From positions 27,032,001 through 27,096,000 of the forward strand of contig NC_043002.1 in NCBI RefSeq assembly GCF_006345805.1: a DNA stretch of 64,000 nt. The letters are read 5' to 3'. The first letter of the stretch is position 1. Each line of letters opens with the position of its first letter. Made by a program: the position numbers and the translations under genes. This document shows positions 1 to 13,379 of the stretch, piece by piece. The notes beneath the pieces are model-generated. The model made no database searches. It was not told the DNA's origin and saw only the letters and a list, made by a program, of their open reading frames with translations. The stretch is from Octopus sinensis (Eukaryota).

Positions 1-1441
1 ATATATATATATATACATACACATACATACATTTGTACATATAGCTGTCATACGGACATGCATTATATATATATGGGTGTGAAGGAAAGAGAATATATAT
101 GAATCTGACATCATGGATTTGAACGTTTCTTGACTACATTGTATGGAAGTTTAACTGCTAAAATAACCCCAAAATTTGTTTTGTAAAGAATATTACTTCT
201 CTGAAACAATGACGTTTCCACATGGTTCATTTTAAATAATTTCTCAGACACTGTCTCATATCATACTATAAAATCATGTATAAAATGATTGAAAGAACAA
301 ACGTATAATGAAAGAGTTTCAAACTTCACCTGACATAAAATTCATAGTCTGGATATTTCATATTGATAAAAGTCAAATCCTTGATTAGTATCATAAATCT
401 TGTTGATTTGAAGAAGTATATATATCTTCAAAGCAGAGGTTGATTGGTGTCGTAATAAATGTCAAATGTCACCCTGCAAACCGGTTATATAAGCTGTCAT
501 GTGGTACACTAAATACTTTATATAGTATTGCATACATCTCATATTTAGGCCTATTATATATTATATATGCGTCTCTGTGTTTTGTGTGTGTGTTTCTGTT
601 TGTGTGTGGGTCATTTTAATTAATCTCATTCAGTGAATGAACAATTTCAACTTTAAAGCAGTCTACCTTGGAGAACAATAACGCGGCTTTTGAAGATGAC
701 TACAAAAATAATTGTAAGGCAGAAAGATGAAAAAGAAAAGCTATAAATGATATTTGTGTCAGAAAGAATGCACAGTTTTGTCCATCAATGTTAACAATAC
801 CAAGTTGATTCAAAAACGGTTCTGGTAGGACGAATTCAATTTTATGTAAGTTGAACTCTCAATTTATGTTCTTAAAGTTAGAATATTTGTCGCATATCAT
901 GTTGCATATTAGATTTAATAAGAAAATATAATAGACGGACTAATTTGCATGAGACTAACGTACATGAAAATAAAATAGTATGTGACTGTGAAATAAATGT
1001 CATAGAATGTTAGAAAGGAAGCAAGTCAAGAATAACATATACTATAGTGGAAATTAATGTGAAATCGGTTACAGTAACAGTTGGATTAAATTAAATTCAT
1101 AACCGCAAATAATGTTATAGTGTAAAGTTAATATACTGCATCAGAAAATACAATATAATTGATAAGGATGATACTCAATACAGGAGCGGATTGACTTTTA
1201 ATATTACTGTGAATTATGAGAGAAGTGTAAGAACTGTTTCATCAGTGCAAAAACGTGACATTGTAGAGACTTTCTACTATAAACAAAGAGGTGTTCAAAT
1301 TGATAACTACTTGACAGTTTAGTAGAATAATCAAATAACTGACTAATAAAGTATAGATCGATTAGAACAAATAGGTGTTATCAGAGTATTTACGTATAAC
1401 TTCAATTTATGAGACTAGTTGCTTCATGTGACTGGTGTTTT

Positions 1442-1525
<84 letters not shown>

Positions 1526-1654
1526 TAGGAGAGACAGAGAGAGAAATATCAAGATGTTTTATTGAACAACAAATACATTTTTGTTTTTGCTATATGCAAT
1601 GTTTAAGGTAGATTTCATGTTCTTTGTTGTACATATTACTATTCTTTACGTAGT

Positions 1655-1800
1655 TAAGGCGACGAGTTGGCAGAAGCTTTTGCACACCGGACATACAAAT
1701 ATGCTTAGTCACATGTCGTCTGTCTTGATCTTCTGATTTTAAATGCCGCCAAGGTCGACTTTGCTGTGCGTCTTTCGGGGTGGATTAAAATTAATTGTGC
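1655..1800 (+). mobile_element. Degenerate tRNA-derived SINE, family 1
   Basis: Aligns to the cleaner copies at 9464-9702 and 39251-39488 (TAAGGCGxCGAGxTGGCAGAA head, CCGCCxAGGTCGACTTTGC body). Confidence 0.6.
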
Positions 1801-1900
1801 TATTTGTCCTGGATCCTTTGTCTTCTGAGATCAAACTACGCTGAGATCAACTTTGCCTTTCATGGTCAACGAAATATTGATCAAGTGTTGAAGTCAATAT

Positions 1901-2366
1901 CAGGGTAATAAAGATTTTAGAAAATGTTACTAGCAGTGACCTAGCGCATAGAAAAATTAGTTAATAGACTATGTATTATTCATATAAAATGCTGTTTACA
2001 TTTATACACATTACGAGGTTTCCTTCATAGGAATCCTTTGTCTATATGTTTAATCATTATATGTTTAATCTAGTCGTACCCGTTGAAGAAGACTTCGCCA
2101 AGCAAATTATTTTATTTGCTAAAGTAAGTCAGGAAATAGATGGTAAATGTTTTTATTTTTCATTCCCTTCGAGAATTTATACCTAATTAGTTGTTTGAAA
2201 TTTAGCTGTTCTTTCTAGCGGAAAGGATTCCTATGATGCAAACCTCAACCTCTTAATGTGTTTAAATGTACACTGCATTTTATATGAATAATATATAGTC
2301 CATTGACTAATCTTCCTATACGCTAGGCCACTGGTAGCAAGCATTTCTAATATCTTTATTACCCTG
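1901..2366. mobile_element. MITE with ~115-bp imperfect TIRs (CAGGG...CCCTG)
   Basis: 1901-2015 is the reverse complement of ~2250-2366; ATAT flanks both ends (1897-1900, 2367-2370). A related copy starts near 46120. Confidence 0.75.
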
Positions 2367-2399
2367 ATATTATTAATTATCTAGATATATATATATAAT

Positions 2400-2432
<33 letters not shown>

Positions 2433-2634
2433 GAGTCGCCATGATAGATCGTTAGCCACTACACACATTTTTCTCTCCTTGTTTCTCTCCTTGTTTTTCT
2501 CTGTGTACCTTTCTGTAGAAGAGCGTAGGCTCGAAACGTAAAAAACTTTTTCTATTCCTGAGCGTTATACTAATACATCTGTTTGTTTTGTACACCACAT
2601 GCCCTCGTCTTTTGTTTTTTTCGTAAACTTTTCC

Positions 2635-2635
<1 letters not shown>
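2433..2635 (+). mobile_element. Short PLE 3' end / pLTR, family B
   Basis: Same sequence family as the tail of the GIY-YIG-bearing fragment at 60622-61085 (GAAGAGCGTAG..CGAAACGTAAAA, CTGAGCGTTATACTAATACATCTGTTTGTT); ends in (TA)n. Confidence 0.65.
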
Positions 2636-2682
<47 letters not shown>

Positions 2683-2705
2683 TGTATGTATGTATGTATG
2701 TATAT

Positions 2706-2822
2706 AGTTCATCCAAATATGAACAAATTGGAAACACAACAATGCGAGGACATGGAACAAGTATAGTGTTATTGGACACTCAAGAAAGGAAAGAAAGAAT
2801 GAGGATTTAACGTTTCGAGCGG
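2706..2822 (-). mobile_element. Short PLE-like 3' end, family A (5' truncated)
   Basis: Reverse complement matches 26541-26660 (GCTCGAAACGTTAAA...GTCCAATAAxACTATAxTTGTTCCA). Confidence 0.6.
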
Positions 2823-3390
2823 AGACTTGAGCAGTGATAGGCGGTAACAATTCAAAGTGAAATGATTCTTTACAATCCCACCAGATAGAGAGAAGAGCTT
2901 TTTCCCATGAAGTTCCCTTCTCAGTTGTGGTCGAGCTTTTTACCTTTTACCAAGCCACTGTTTACAACGTTTAACATTTCGATAGAAGATCCATTTTTCG
3001 TCACCAGTCACAATCTATCCAGAAAGGGTGGAATGATTTCGCGAAAATGGAGAGAAGAGCAGATGTAAACTTGGGATCAGCGATCGGTTTCGAACAATTC
3101 ATGAGGCACCCACTTTCCAAATTTTAGGAACTTTTCCAAGTTGTTGAAGATGACGTTTGACAGTTATATGGTTTGAACTAAACTTTACTGCCAATTCTTC
3201 AACTGATGATATAGGATTTTCTTCAAGTAATGCCTCAAGGAGCTTATCATCAAACTCAACTGGACGTTCTGTTCGATCTTCATCTTCAAGGTTGAAATTT
3301 CCACTTCTGAATTTTGCAAGCCATCTTCTGCAAGTTCTTTCATTCAAGCATTCTTTCCCATAAACTGAGTGTATGTTCCGAGTCGCTTAT
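2823..3390 (-). pseudogene. Mariner (DD34D) transposase remnant
   Basis: Translates to ATRNIHSVYGKECLNERTCRRWLAKFRSGNFNLEDE (HTH), then WVPHEL and VTGDEKW motifs across frameshifts and stops. Confidence 0.9.
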
Positions 3391-5314
3391 GGAATGACCT
3401 GATACTTGACAAACGATATTCATATTTCCATTCTCCGTAACCTAGCAGTTTGGCAAAGAGTTGCGATAGACTTTACCAAATAAGTCATGAACTTGCTCAG
3501 TTCCCCTAAAACTCTGTAAAGCAATACTCCAGCATCTCCGCAGTCCAATGACTTAAACAACCAAGATAAAAAAATATTTATTCATCAAATTAACTTTCTT
3601 TAAGTCTAATATTTTGGTCTGTAGATACTCGATCCTTGGTTTACATCGACAAAACATTGGATCGTTTAGGCTTTTCATTTTAATCAAGCCTTTCAATAGA
3701 TGTTTTAGTGTTAAATATTAGATTTCTACCTCAGATTTCGGTAGTGTTATTCTAAGTAGACACTTTACTATAATTATATTTAATTCTATCCTGCTAATTC
3801 ATTTAGCGCCGGATTAAGAATATTATGACTGTTAATTACTAACGTAGCTAGAAACTGAGGCCAGTTACCCTACTTTCTGCAATTACTTCTTAGTTATTTA
3901 ATTAAATGCGTCTGATTGCATCTGTTCATAAAATTAGTGTGCGGCGTAATTTGTCGTGTTGATTGATCTTTCAATTATTGTGAGACCTCACACTATCGAA
4001 TGCTCATATAAATTTATATATATATGAAAGAAGAATACATCAAGAAATAAGAAATAATCAGAGACAGCGGAACTTGCGCGAAATATACGTGGATGACAAA
4101 TTTAAAGAATGTAATAGGATTTTCCAGGTCTTTTGCTTGATCAAAATCACCTTAAACATTTTTGGGTACTATGGCAACACAGCATGACGCAGAAATATTT
4201 AAATTTTTTTATAGAAATAAAGCGTAAATGAAATATTAATGGCGACTGAATAAGTATATATATATATATATATAATAAATATATATGTAGGTTCTTAACC
4301 AGTATCACATACCAATTTAGTCTATACTAAAATATATGTAGCCCTGTTTATAGTTGATCATCTGCAACATACAGCACCAAGCAAAAAGAAAATGGTGCCT
4401 GTTTCCTCCGATAGCGATTATACTTTGTATTCGGTCGCCTTTAATATCTCATTTACGCTTTATTGCTATAAAAAATATTTTAGCCAGCAGCTATGTTTTG
4501 TCTTCGTTTTTGTGCCTTCCAGTTGTTTGTTAGTTTTGGAGACATTTAAAAAATATTTCTGCATCATGCTATGTTGCCATAGTACTCAATAATGTTTCAA
4601 CTGAATTATTCCTTGCTTTCATAATTCTGTTCTTGGTTGTTCCTCTGGTGCTCACAACTCCGCCCGGTACACTTCTGTTCCACTTCTGCTCCTTCTCCTT
4701 TCTGATTTTGAATTTAAATTTTGCTTTAACAAAGTCAGTTTATAATATTAGTTGGTGCTCCAGTGATACACACGTATCGCGAAGTATTCTGTCACTTTAC
4801 TAAAAGGTTTTACTTAGAGCAGGCAAGGTAAGTGTTGACATTTCTCTACATCAGGAAACGGTTTGAATAATGAGAAGCGCAACATAAAGTAAAGAGTTAG
4901 GGTTATTAACTGCATCGTTGGTCTCTGGTTTCTTGTCTTTTTCTTTTAAACTAATATATGTGGTTAGTAAGTGCAGAAAAGGAAATAATGAGATATATAG
5001 GGATTACTCACGTATTGGCAAGCTCATTACACCGTTCAAGTACAGCAGAGCCATTTCGGATGAGAAGCAGTTATACCCGCAGAAACACAAACTATGATAA
5101 CATCAAGGATAATGTGAATATCTAGTAGTAACACAATGTGTTGAAACGGAAATTTTTTGAAGTCTTTCAGCTGTGAAAAAATCTAGAAAGACAATAAAGA
5201 GGATAAGCTTCACTAATGGAGACTACCTTTGCTTGAATTCACGAAAGCAGAACGTTCATCCTCTACCTTGATACCCTTCCACTTTTACACTATTATTATT
5301 ATTATTATTAGTAT

Positions 5315-5353
<39 letters not shown>

Positions 5354-5391
5354 CAGCAGCAGCAGCAGCAGCGGTATTAGTATTAGTATTA

Positions 5392-5741
5392 TTAAGATGG
5401 CGAACTCGCAGTGCCGTTAGTGTGCTGGACGAAGGGGTCAATAAATAAAATACCAGTCACGTACTGGTATCGATGTGATCAATTGTCCCTCTCACCAAAG
5501 AATTTCAGGTATTGTACCTATAGTGGAAAGGAATATTATTAAGGCGGCGAACTGGTAGAATATTTAGCACGCTTAGCGTTATTTCACCCATCGCTACGTT
5601 CTGAGTTCAAATTCCGCCGAGGTTGACTTTGCTTTTCATCCTTCGGGGTCGATGAAATAAGTAACCGTTACATAGTTGGGTCGATGTAATCGACTTATCC
5701 CCTCCCCCAAAATTTCGGGCCTTATGCCTACGATAGAAAGG

Positions 5742-5745
<4 letters not shown>
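5392..5745 (+). mobile_element. Two tandem family-1 SINE copies (5392-5539 deleted, 5540-5745 fuller)
   Basis: GAGTTCAAATTCC B-box-like motif, family-1 body and (TTA)n tail. Confidence 0.8.
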
Positions 5746-5774
<29 letters not shown>

Positions 5775-5880
5775 TTTCTTCTTTCAAATTTGCTTCCATT
5801 TCTTGCCGAGTGTCTTCCCGACTCCTAGGGCAAAGAAACTCATAGTATACATCGGTAGGCCGTTACACCAAACTCAATAG
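5746..5880 (-). mobile_element. Possible short 3' end of an RLE-type (R4/Dong-like) LINE
   Basis: Minus strand ends ...CTCGGCAAGAAATGGAAGCAAATTTGAAAGAAGAAAAA(TAA)n. Resemblance is from memory only. Confidence 0.3.
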
Positions 5881-5924
5881 TTCGTTCATCTTTTTTTTTT
5901 TTTTTTTAAGTTAAATTAAAATAC

Positions 5925-7262
5925 GAAGGTTTTCGAAAAATTTTTGGGTAAAATTTGTTGGTCAAAATTTTTTCGGTGAAAATTTTCGAAAAATTTCTGG
6001 TTAAAATTTTCGGCAAAAATTTTTGGGTCAAATTTTCGGTGAAAATTTTCGAAAAAGTTTTGGTAAAAATTTTCGAAACATTTGGGAAAAATTTTCGGTG
6101 AACATTTTCGAATAATATTTGGGAACAATTTTCGGTGAAAATTTTCGAAAAATTTTGTGGGAATATTTTCGGTTAAAATTTTCGAAAAATTTTTGTGGAA
6201 AATTTTCGGTGAAAATTTTCGAAAAGTTTTCGGTGAATATTTTCGAAAAATTTTTGGTGAAAATTTTCGAAAAATATTTGGGAAAAATTTTCGGTGAACA
6301 TTTTCGAAAAATTTTTGGGTAAAATTTTCGGTGAAAATTTTTGAAAAATCTTTGGGTAAAATTCTCTCTGAAAATTTCCAGATAATTTTTGGGGAAAATG
6401 TTCGGTGAAAATTTTTGAAAAATTTGTGGTGAAAATTTTCGAAAAGTATTAGGGTAAAATTTTCATTGAACATTTTCGAAAAATTTTTGGTTAAAATTTT
6501 CGCCAAAACTTTTTGGGTAAAATATTCGGTGAAAATTTTCAGAAAATTTTTGGGTAAAATTTTCGGCGAAAATTTTCGAAAAATTTTTGGGTAAAATTTT
6601 CGAAAGATTGCCGGTGAAAATTTTTTCGTAAAATTTTCGGTGAACATTTTCGAAAAAGTTTTGGGTAGAATTTTCGCGAAAATTTTCGAAAAATTTTGGG
6701 GTAAAATTTTGGAAAAATTTTTGGGTAGAATTTTCGGTAAAAAATTTTCAGAAAATTTTTCGGTAAAAGTTTCGGTGAAAATTTTTGAAAAAATTTTGGT
6801 GAAAATTTTCGAAAAATATTTGGGAAAAATTTTCGGTGAACATTTTCGAAAAATTTTTGGGTAAAATTTGTTGGTCAAAATTTTTTCGGTGAAAATTTTC
6901 GAAAAATTTCTGGTTAAAATTTTCGGCAAAAATTTATAGGTACAATTTTCGGTGAAAATTCTCAGAAAATTTTTGTGTAAAATTTTCGGTGAAAATTTTC
7001 GAAAAATTTTTGGGTAAAATTTTCGAAAAATATTTGGGAAAAATTTTCGGTGAACATTTTCGGAAAATTTTTGGGTAAAATTTTCGGTGAAAATTTTTGA
7101 AAAGTCTTTGGGTAAAATTCTCTGAAAATTTCCAGATAATTTTTGGGTAAAATTTTCGGTGAAAATTTTAAAAAAATTTCTGGTGAAAATGTTCGAAAAG
7201 TATTTGGGTAAAATTTTCTGTGAACATTTTCGAAAAAGTTTTGGTTAAAATTTTCGGCAAAA
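5925..7262. repeat. Complex satellite of ~12-nt AAAATTTT-cored subunits (~36-nt unit) with higher-order duplications
   Basis: Recurrent AAAATTTTCGGTG / AAAATTTTCGA / AAAATTTTTGGGT. 5932-6022 recurs at 6843-6934; ~6262-6508 recurs at ~7017-7262. Confidence 0.95.
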
Positions 7263-8396
7263 ATTATTATTATAATAATAATAATAATAATAATAATAAT
7301 TATTATTATTATTATTTGTAGTAGTAGTAGTATAAAACATTTATTAAAGTATTAATATGAATAGTGTAAACTTGCGCTAACAGCGGACATTCTGTGTTAG
7401 ATAAACATTCCGATCTGAATTAGAACTCCATCGAGACTTTTTTCCTCTTTATTGTGAATTTATTTCATATTTACAACGCTGCATACTTTTTAGTTTTGAA
7501 TTATCTCAGATGACTGCAAAACAGACAGACCACTAAGTGGTGTAAACGTATAGGGAAATGTGTACGACAGCTTCTTACCTCCAAGTGAACTTAGCAGCGA
7601 TCAAGACAGATAAAGTCTTAACATCAGAAATGAAAATGTTATACTTGAAGTTGTCTAAAACAGATATAGAATTTACAATGATACTCAGTGCTTGATATGA
7701 ATTAATTCAATATTTATGTCTCTGCGGTATCAATGGATTTAATGACCCGTAATCGTGTTTGTTCTCCAAAACAATGATTAGTTTTCTCTTACATTTAAGC
7801 TTTAGTTACGGTATCTGTTAAGCATCTAAATATATAAATATTGATATAAACAATTTTCTAATGAATAATAATTAAAACATTTCTTTTGGGCCGTTCGATT
7901 TAAAAGTCTTGATTTTATCGTGAACGTTATGAACCAGAGTTGAGTCAGTGCTTACATTAGTAATGTAGAAAAAGAAATTTCAATTAATTAAAATTTGCAG
8001 TGCGGACAGGGCAGCAGAGACTCACTGATTATTGTTAATTAACTCTGGTCAAGGTAATCGCGTGACACCGCAGAAAATATTAATTAATCAAGATTTCATG
8101 AAGACATGCATCGACAAATGCATGTGGAAAGCATGATGGAAGTACATCTTTAGCATAGCTAGGACTACATGCAGAAGCCTGGTCTGATAATTAAGATGAG
8201 AAATTGCTAACGGGAATAATCCGCAAGAAGCGCAATTGTTTAGGGAGCTCTGACATGCTTACTCAATTCAATTGATAAAAATCAAAATAATTAAAATTAA
8301 CATGACAGTGAGAAGAAAACATCTACTTAAAGACTAATGTCATTCAAATGCGGTGATAAAAAGCCTGTTTACTGAAAAGAATTAAGAAAACATTTT

Positions 8397-8827
8397 GGAT
8401 CTTTTCGATTTGAACGGCAGTTTTTAACATAATTTCTAGGTAACTAAAAAATGTTAAACTTCGTATACTGGTAGAATGTGATTATAAAACATCTGTTTCT
8501 CTTGGCTTTATTGAGAAAATTCTATAGTTTGTAAGATATTTGGTCTTTAATTTCTTGCATTTCGGCAATTTCAACCAACCAATGACCGTCTATTGAGGTG
8601 AAAACATTCTGTGCCGTATGAATATGTCCCTCGTTTAAGAAAAATATTGGGTTTATTTACATTTGTGAAGAAAAAAGGTACCCTACCCCCACCCCTAAGC
8701 CCAACCCTAACCAACCCTAACCGTAAAACAGATTGAAATGCAATAGATCGATACTAGGGTCATAATTATGGGTGACAATTTCATATGACACCGCTAGAAA
8801 AAACTGCCGTTCAAACCGAAAAGATCC
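8397..8827. mobile_element. 431-bp MITE with 29-bp TIRs and an 8-bp TSD
   Basis: GGATCTTTTCGATTTGAACGGCAGTTTTT (8397-8425) vs its reverse complement at the right end (1 mismatch); AACATTTT duplicated at 8389-8396 and 8828-8835. Confidence 0.9.
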
Positions 8828-9292
8828 AACATTTTACCCATTTTACCAATTGCTATAGACGTCAATACTACTCATCGATCGTATACATTTATTTACTTAC
8901 AATATTCCCAATACAAATAATAACTAATAAATATAATAGAGTTGTCCCGTTTGCTCTGATATTTTATTTAGATTATATTCCTACTCTTCTTCGCAACAAA
9001 CCTAATTCTCAGTAAATGCAATTTGTTCACCATATGAATACGTTAACACTCACTCATATGTTGTATTTCAAAAAGGAAGGCGTCTGTAAAGTAATTTCCC
9101 TCAACAGTATTATGAGCTGTCTGTTATCAGTAATAAGCTTCCGATATATATTTGTGTTATTCTGTGTGTTTTAGCACTCTCTCAACTATTGTATTTCATG
9201 AGGAAGACGTGGCGAAGTAATCTCCCACAGTAATTTTACGGAACGTATTGTCACAATAATACGTTTACGATCTGTCTATCTATCTATCTATA

Positions 9293-9347
<55 letters not shown>

Positions 9348-9463
9348 ATGGCCGATGTCTGTCTGTTTGTCTGTTTCTCTAAGTGGTGAATCACTTAGCG
9401 TTTATTTATTGATATATAATTTCTACAAATATATTTTGACACACATATTATTACTTCGTTTAT

Positions 9464-9702
9464 AGGGCAGCGAGCTGGCAGAATCGTTAGCGCGCCGGGT
9501 GAAATGCTTAACGGTATTTCGTCTGCGGCTACGTTCTGAGTTCAAATTCCGCTGAGGTCGATTTTACCTTTCATTCTTTCGGGATCGTTTAAATAAGTAC
9601 CAGTTACGCACTGGAGTCGATATAATCGACTTAATCCGTTTGTCTGTCATTGTTTGTCCCCTCGCTGTTTAGCCTCCTGTTGGCAATAAAGAAATATATT
9701 AA
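9464..9702 (+). mobile_element. Full-length family-1 SINE with 12-bp TSD
   Basis: TACTTCGTTTAT at 9452-9463 and 9703-9714; pol III A/B-box-like head. Confidence 0.9.
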
Positions 9703-9957
9703 TACTTCGTTTATTAACACCTTTATACACAGTATATTGTTATGTGTGTGTGTTTGTGTGTGTATTCTTTCGGATCTTCAAATTTCTGTAACATTCGCAT
9801 CACATTTATATTAGCCAATTTATGCAGTTTTAAATATACTGGTAGAAACGCCTTATCTGGTGTTTCACATCTAGTTAAAATGAGATTTACTTAGATAACT
9901 TAGGTTGGTTTCGGCTATTATAGACCCAGGCCATGACTAACTTAATAGCACCACCTG

Positions 9958-10885
9958 GAAAAGTCTCTTAATTAATTATTTCGGGACACCATGGATCAGA
10001 GAGTTGTTGTTGGCTGAAACGTATCTAGGTGTAGGTAGTTTATCCGGTATTACATGGAGGAATTTGTCCAGGCACCGTTTGAAAGGTTTGGGGTCTTTTT
10101 CTACTTTAATTACTTTTGAGATAACATTGAAAAGAGCAGGAGCATTTGTAGTGAAAAAATTGTGTCGCAATGTTCTTATGTGATGTGATCTCTGCCTTTA
10201 TAGGGGATACATTGCACGGGGGCCTAGTCTTGGGGGAATTGTAAACATAATACTGATATAATTTGGATAATATTGGTAGAATATTTTCTACATGGTGCAA
10301 ATAATGTTTCGGTCATGGCGGCGTTGTAGAGAACAGCGTTCCAGCCCACTAATCAAGTCCCGTCGTGCCATTTATTTTTTTAGTGATTGATGTTTGTAGC
10401 GCTTCGACCCTCATTATGTTTCTTTTGTGTTTTTTTTTTTGTAGTGAGACCACAATGGACAGCAGTATTCGAGGTGGGGCCTAGCGAATGTGGAGAAGAG
10501 AAGGATGATGGTATCATGATCCCCAGATTGAAAAGCTCTGAGGATCCGTGAGCACATTCTGCCGGCAGCATCGACTTCTTTGTTGATGTGCACACTCCAG
10601 TTATGGTTGCTGTTGACAGTTACACCTAAGTCTCTGATATTATCCGACAGTTGAAGTAAGTCTCCTGACGATAGTGTATATGGTTGTTTGGGTGTGCCTT
10701 TTTTCAAAACTGGATGAGTTCAAATTTTTCTTCGCTCAGCTGCATATTGTTTTTTTGTTTATTGTGCCCACTGGATTACTGCGCATAGGTCTGACTGTAG
10801 CATCGTTCGACCATATGCTCCCGTAATGAATTTCTGAAGCGTAGAGTCATCTGCAAATATTTTAACGGTACTATGTTCAATGGAA
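9958..10885 (-). mobile_element. Decayed 3' fragment of a CR1-like LINE
   Basis: KIFADDSTL (RT motif), IRDLGVTV, RPHLEYCCPLWS and C-terminal FKRCLDKFL...NNSL across several frames. Confidence 0.85.
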
Positions 10886-10980
10886 TCTGCAAATATCTAC
10901 TTTCTTAGATATCAAACGCATCTCAAATTAAAGTTTGTTTCTAATGTTTAACTAGAAATAAGCCCTCATCTCTGAGCCCT

Positions 10981-11125
10981 GATAATCGTATTATAGGTGT
11001 AAAGCCTGAAATTTTGTAGGATGATGCCACTCCATAACATCGACACTATTGCTCAACTGACACTTGCTATATTGATATCAAAAGGATGAAAAACAAAGTC
11101 GATCAAGGTGGAATTCCATCTCAAG
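10981..11125 (-). mobile_element. Degenerate family-1 SINE
   Basis: AAAGGATGAAAAACAAAGTCGAxCxxGGTGGAATT and AAGCCTGAAATTTTG resemble the reverse complement of family 1. Confidence 0.5.
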
Positions 11126-12102
11126 TAATAAGGACACGAGAAATATGCGAAGAATCTTGTCCGGCTTGCAAACGATTCTATTAGTCCACCGCCTTTTACG
11201 CACCTATAATGAAAGATGTTCCATCCCTATCTTCTGTAGGTGGGGTCAAAAATTAAACGCTCTTTGTCGAGCTGTAAGGGAAGACCACAAATGTTTTTGT
11301 CAACTTACGTTTGCTAAATATTATTTGGTACTTATACAGCAGGCTGACCACACAAGGCCATAAATTCTGATCGTATACCGGTTTCATTTAAATTGTATAC
11401 TTCCATAACATCCATTTCTAGTAAGAATTTAGAACCTACATAACATTTTATTACATTTTTATATTTTCATACACCTATTATCTTTTCATACTTTCAGTTA
11501 TTGATAGGATTTGTCGAAAAAGTCGACCCTAGTACTATTGTTATTTAAGCCTGGTACTTATTCTAACGCTATCTTTCAGCAGCGAACTGTTGTTAGGAGG
11601 ACATAAACCTGTCAACACCAATTTTCAAGTAGTGGTGGGAATTGTTAGAAACAAAGATAAACACACATACACATATATATAAACACAAAACAATGGAGAC
11701 GTATTCATTAGGTATTGGCTACGTGCGTTTCAAATAGAAAATCATACCTCGAAGTGCAGCAAATTCACAATTCACATCATATGCGCTTTTAATCGATCTT
11801 ATATTTGATCTATTTAAATGTTATACCACTACTCAAATGGTGATATAATTTTGATAAGAATATTCTGCGACTATATACTGAATTTAAACTGGACTGTTTG
11901 AACTTTCGATTAGACTGGTAGCAGAAAGAGTGAATTTAAAACCTACGTGAATTACTGTGGCATTTGCTGGGCAATATGTTTAGCCGAATTTGATGCTTAC
12001 AGAGTTTATAAAGTACTCACAAGGATAATTTAAACACTTTTATTTTCTTATGTGTCTGTGTGTTTGTGTGTCTGTGCATGCGTGCGTGTATGAGTGGTTG
12101 GT

Positions 12103-12202
12103 TTGAATTTCCATCTGCCAAATCCACTCACAAGACTTAATTCGACCCGAGGCTATTTTAGAAGACTCTTGCACACGGCACGACGCCAGTGGTCTGAACC
12201 CA
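12103..12202 (-). mobile_element. Family-2 SINE fragment
   Basis: CCAAATCCACTCACAAG...TAGAAGAC.CTTG matches 50978-51158 and 52605-52764. Confidence 0.55.
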
Positions 12203-13379
12203 AATCTAAATTACGTATGTTTGTATAGTTTTCTTTTATATGTAATACGATGTAATTGTTTAATGTTTTTTAAATCTGTTTTATGCATGACTGTTCTACT
12301 TATTATTATCTCCTAAACAATTTATATTATTTCATTTTTTTTTGTGTGTGTGTGTCGTTCTTGTGCCTATTCTCCCGATATTCGTTCAAATATTCGATCT
12401 GCTATTATCATATATGTTTAAATGTGCATTTCTTTTACAATATTTCAAAACGTTTCTATTCTTTTATTTTTAATGACTTGTAGTTTAACGTGTCCTTTTA
12501 TATGGCTATTTACATAATTGTTTCTTATTTAATTCCAGGAGAAATATTGTAGTGAAAACCAATTTAATTTGATGATATTCGGGTGGTTATTAATGGCTTC
12601 TCTGTATTTTAGTTTAACGAATACGATTATTCCGTCATTTACGCCAGCTCATTAAGTTTGCTCCCCAAACAACTTAAGCAAGATACATTTATTAATACTT
12701 AATAGTATAATTCTGATTTAAAAGCCACCTCCTCCATTTTTTCCGAATATTTTAACGTTTTTGAATAATATAAAGCAATATTATCCTCAGATAAGATTTC
12801 TAATACAGTTCATAAAATTTTCATGTCTTCTATAATTTAGAATACATACATACATATACATACAGAGAGAGAGAGAGAGAGAGAGAGAATGAGAGAGAGA
12901 GAGAGAGAATGAGAGAGAGAGAGAGAGCTGTATAGAGATAGAGATAGAGAGATACATGCGCACCTATAGACACACGCATACAAATAAGATTTTACTTCAA
13001 GGTAGTCTTCATATTTATGGTGATTAAGTAATAGAAACATTATACTAAATCAAGTACAAAGTATAATAATTTACCTATTGAATTATATTGATATAATTCA
13101 TTGATGAATTACCATGTTTTTGAACAAGAGAAATAATGATAAATTTTGAGCAAATGATCGGAAGGTATATACCTACTACACCGTGGAAATGTTACTGAGG
13201 CAATAGATGAAACCATTAAATTGTAATTTCTAAACTTGAATCAACGATCGAATCGTTCAAGAAATTCAATTTGCAATGCGCAATTCCACAAAGAATTTCT
13301 CTGAATGGCCCTCAGGCCAATGTCTAGAACAACACGTATGAGGGCACTTGGGTAACCAAAATTTTAATGATTCTCAATA

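Noticed and set aside
5916-6929. 337-aa minus-strand ORF (KIFRKFSPKIF repeats)
   Set aside because: Translation of a satellite with few possible stop codons; no domain, splice or codon evidence.
5925-7262. Heat-shock-element or CRISPR-like array
   Set aside because: GAA/TTC spacing is 0, 3 or 4 nt rather than the 2 nt of nGAAnnTTCn; there are no unique spacers or cas genes, and the context is eukaryotic.
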